Origin: Pecten maximus
Taxonomy: Eukaryota
Reading direction: 5' to 3'
Length of the DNA: 64,000 nt
NCBI RefSeq assembly: GCF_902652985.1
Contig: NC_047015.1
Span: forward strand, 33,542,001 to 33,606,000
Below the pieces are notes generated by a model. It was not told the DNA's origin. It did no database searches and saw nothing but the letters and a program-made list of their open reading frames with translations. Position 1 is the stretch's first letter, and each line of letters starts with the position of its first letter. The position numbers and the translations under genes were made by a program. Positions 61,998 through 64,000 of the stretch are shown one piece after another.

Positions 61998-62565
61998 ATG
62001 TTATAATTTCTCCTTTGTTTAGGAACAAATATGCTTCGTTTTGTGGAAGACTGGACTAAGATATATAGAGTTAAAAATGGATGGGGAAAAGTGGGCGTAG
62101 TCAAAATGTTCCGTATGCGAAGGAACGTGACCGAAAGGTTTGTTGGGCGAATTCGACTCTGCACCAACGAAACCGGTATGAATGTTTACAACAAAGAAAT
62201 CATTAACTGACACAAAGACTTAAGAGTATCTGTTAAACACAGATAATTCTCTAAATGTTGCGAAACAATTTCAAAGACAGACAGAACAGTTTTAGACATG
62301 AATTTCACCATAAGTTGGTATTGTTGGTAAGCATATAATTTGAATATCAGCTGTGAAAGTATTTGCCTTTTTCTTGCGTTAAATGTTTATCTAAGTTCTG
62401 TATAAAGACCATATTGTCCTAGTTCCATATATTTACATGAACTAGGGATGTCAAACCGGTTAGTCGGGAAATCTTACGATCGAGTAACCGGTTAAGTGGT
62501 TAGCCTAACACTTGGCTGGTAGGCCTCTAACTGGTAAGCAATTATAACAAGTAACAAGAACACAT

Positions 62566-63046
62566 AGTTTATATACGATAATTGATATATTCTAACCCTT
62601 TAGTTTATATATGATAATTGATATATTCTAACCCTTTAGTTTATATACGATAATTGATATATTCTAACCCTTTAGTTTATATACGGTAATTGATATATTC
62701 TAACCCTTTAGTTTATATACGATAATTGATATATTCTAACCCTTTAGTTTATATACGATAATTGATATATTCTAACCCTTTAGTTTATATACGTAATTGA
62801 TATATTCTAACCCTTTAGTTTATATACGTAATTGATATATTCTAACCCTTTAGTTTATATACGATAATTGATATATTCTAACCCTTTAGTTTATATACGT
62901 AATTGATATATTCTAACCCTTTAGTTTATATACGATAATTGATATATACGATAATTGATATATTCTAACCCTTTAGTTTATATACGATAATTGATATATT
63001 CTAACCCTTTAGTTTATATACGATAATTGATATATTCTAACCCTTT
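62566..63046. repeat. 36-bp minisatellite (TAGTTTATATACGATAATTGATATATTCTAACCCTT), ~13 copies
   Basis: Tandem periodicity. Confidence 0.95.
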
Positions 63047-64000
63047 AATTAAGTGCGTCGATTATGAATTGTGTTTGACACTTGATGAATATTTGATAAA
63101 TATATGACGAATATAAGAAAGTAATATGTATTTTGAAAAGAAAGAAGGAACACTTTGTAATTAAAGCATAATGCATGCATTACGTTATCTAGATTATTTA
63201 ACATAAAACGTGTTTTGTTTACAAGTTAAGTGGGATATTAAAAGCAATAGTCTATTTAGGATACATGTCAAGTGGTACATGCGCAGTACACACATTTACT
63301 GTCCTAGTACCATACAGAGTTACGGTTCTTGATGGTCAAAGGTGTTCGGATTAATCTAGTCTACCTCAGTATTAAAACCATCCCTTACACTCAGACCCCG
63401 GGGTGGTCTCAATAGAGAGGTTTTACTGCACTATCTTTTATGGTCATCAATGCTCTTACATGATAGCATAGTTACCAACAACATTGTACGCTTCAACGTT
63501 GTCGTTGTTAAATGGTATTTGCCACTTTTCGTTGAGGTTTTGAAAATTCATATTAGCTGGGATTTGTTGTGAACATAATGAGCAATCTGAGAATCTCGAA
63601 CCGACGTATATCCGGCCTAGTACTGGGAACTACTATGGACTTGTCTGTGATTGGAGAACTTGTTGACATATGCAGATATAAATGGGAAATAGAAATCAAT
63701 TTTGATTTGGTTTTCATAGAAACTAACAACGGCACGCCCACATGTACAGGCACAGACTGGAGTGCTTGCGTCAATCACCGCTACAGTCACAATTCCAAAT
63801 GTCAAGTGGAAGAGAGACGAAACAAGACTGTTGGATACGTTGGATTAAGAAATAAAACACGCTTGATTATCTAACTTTGGGAAGTGGTGACGTGGGTGTG
63901 ATTGAAAGGCAGTACGTGCTATTGATAACAAAATAACATGCGATATTGTCTTTTTTCAATTACTGGACATAGTCTTGGCGCCAGCCTTAGGCTTTGCATC

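Noticed and set aside
62566-63046. Telomeric repeat (TAACCC in each unit)
   Set aside because: Only one hexamer per 36-bp AT-rich unit, not tandem TTAGGG.
63553-63874. Overlapping ORFs of 62-101 aa
   Set aside because: No recognisable domain and no convincing splice or start context.

Overview
This is eukaryotic, AT-rich genomic DNA. The SINE, CR1 and Penelope repeat families look like those of a bivalve mollusc, probably a scallop (inference). No host protein-coding gene can be named. About one third of the window is made of some 19 unrelated minisatellite arrays (units of 19-51 bp), and these produce most of the listed ORFs as artefacts. Mobile elements: (1) a young RTEX-like non-LTR retrotransposon (15930-20840) with a 5'-truncated ORF1, an intact APE-RT-zinc-knuckle ORF2 and a (TAA)n tail, sitting between two ~98% identical copies of a 1.67-kb segment; (2) a Merlin transposon nested in a HINE-like element; (3) a CR1 LINE with a twin-priming 5' inversion and a 13-bp TSD; (4) an old CR1 whose RT 'KAxGPD' codons expanded into a 2-kb minisatellite; (5) a PIF/Harbinger-ISL2EU-like transposase relic; (6) composite SINEs that begin at a conserved pseudoknot-like 5' module instead of at their tRNA head; (7) a non-coding element whose two ends fold into strand-specific hairpins with tandem G.A mismatches. 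Several minisatellites can be traced to the transposon sequence that seeded them. Weaker signals suggest phase-matched alternative first exons of a large minus-strand gene and a few promoter/enhancer motif clusters.
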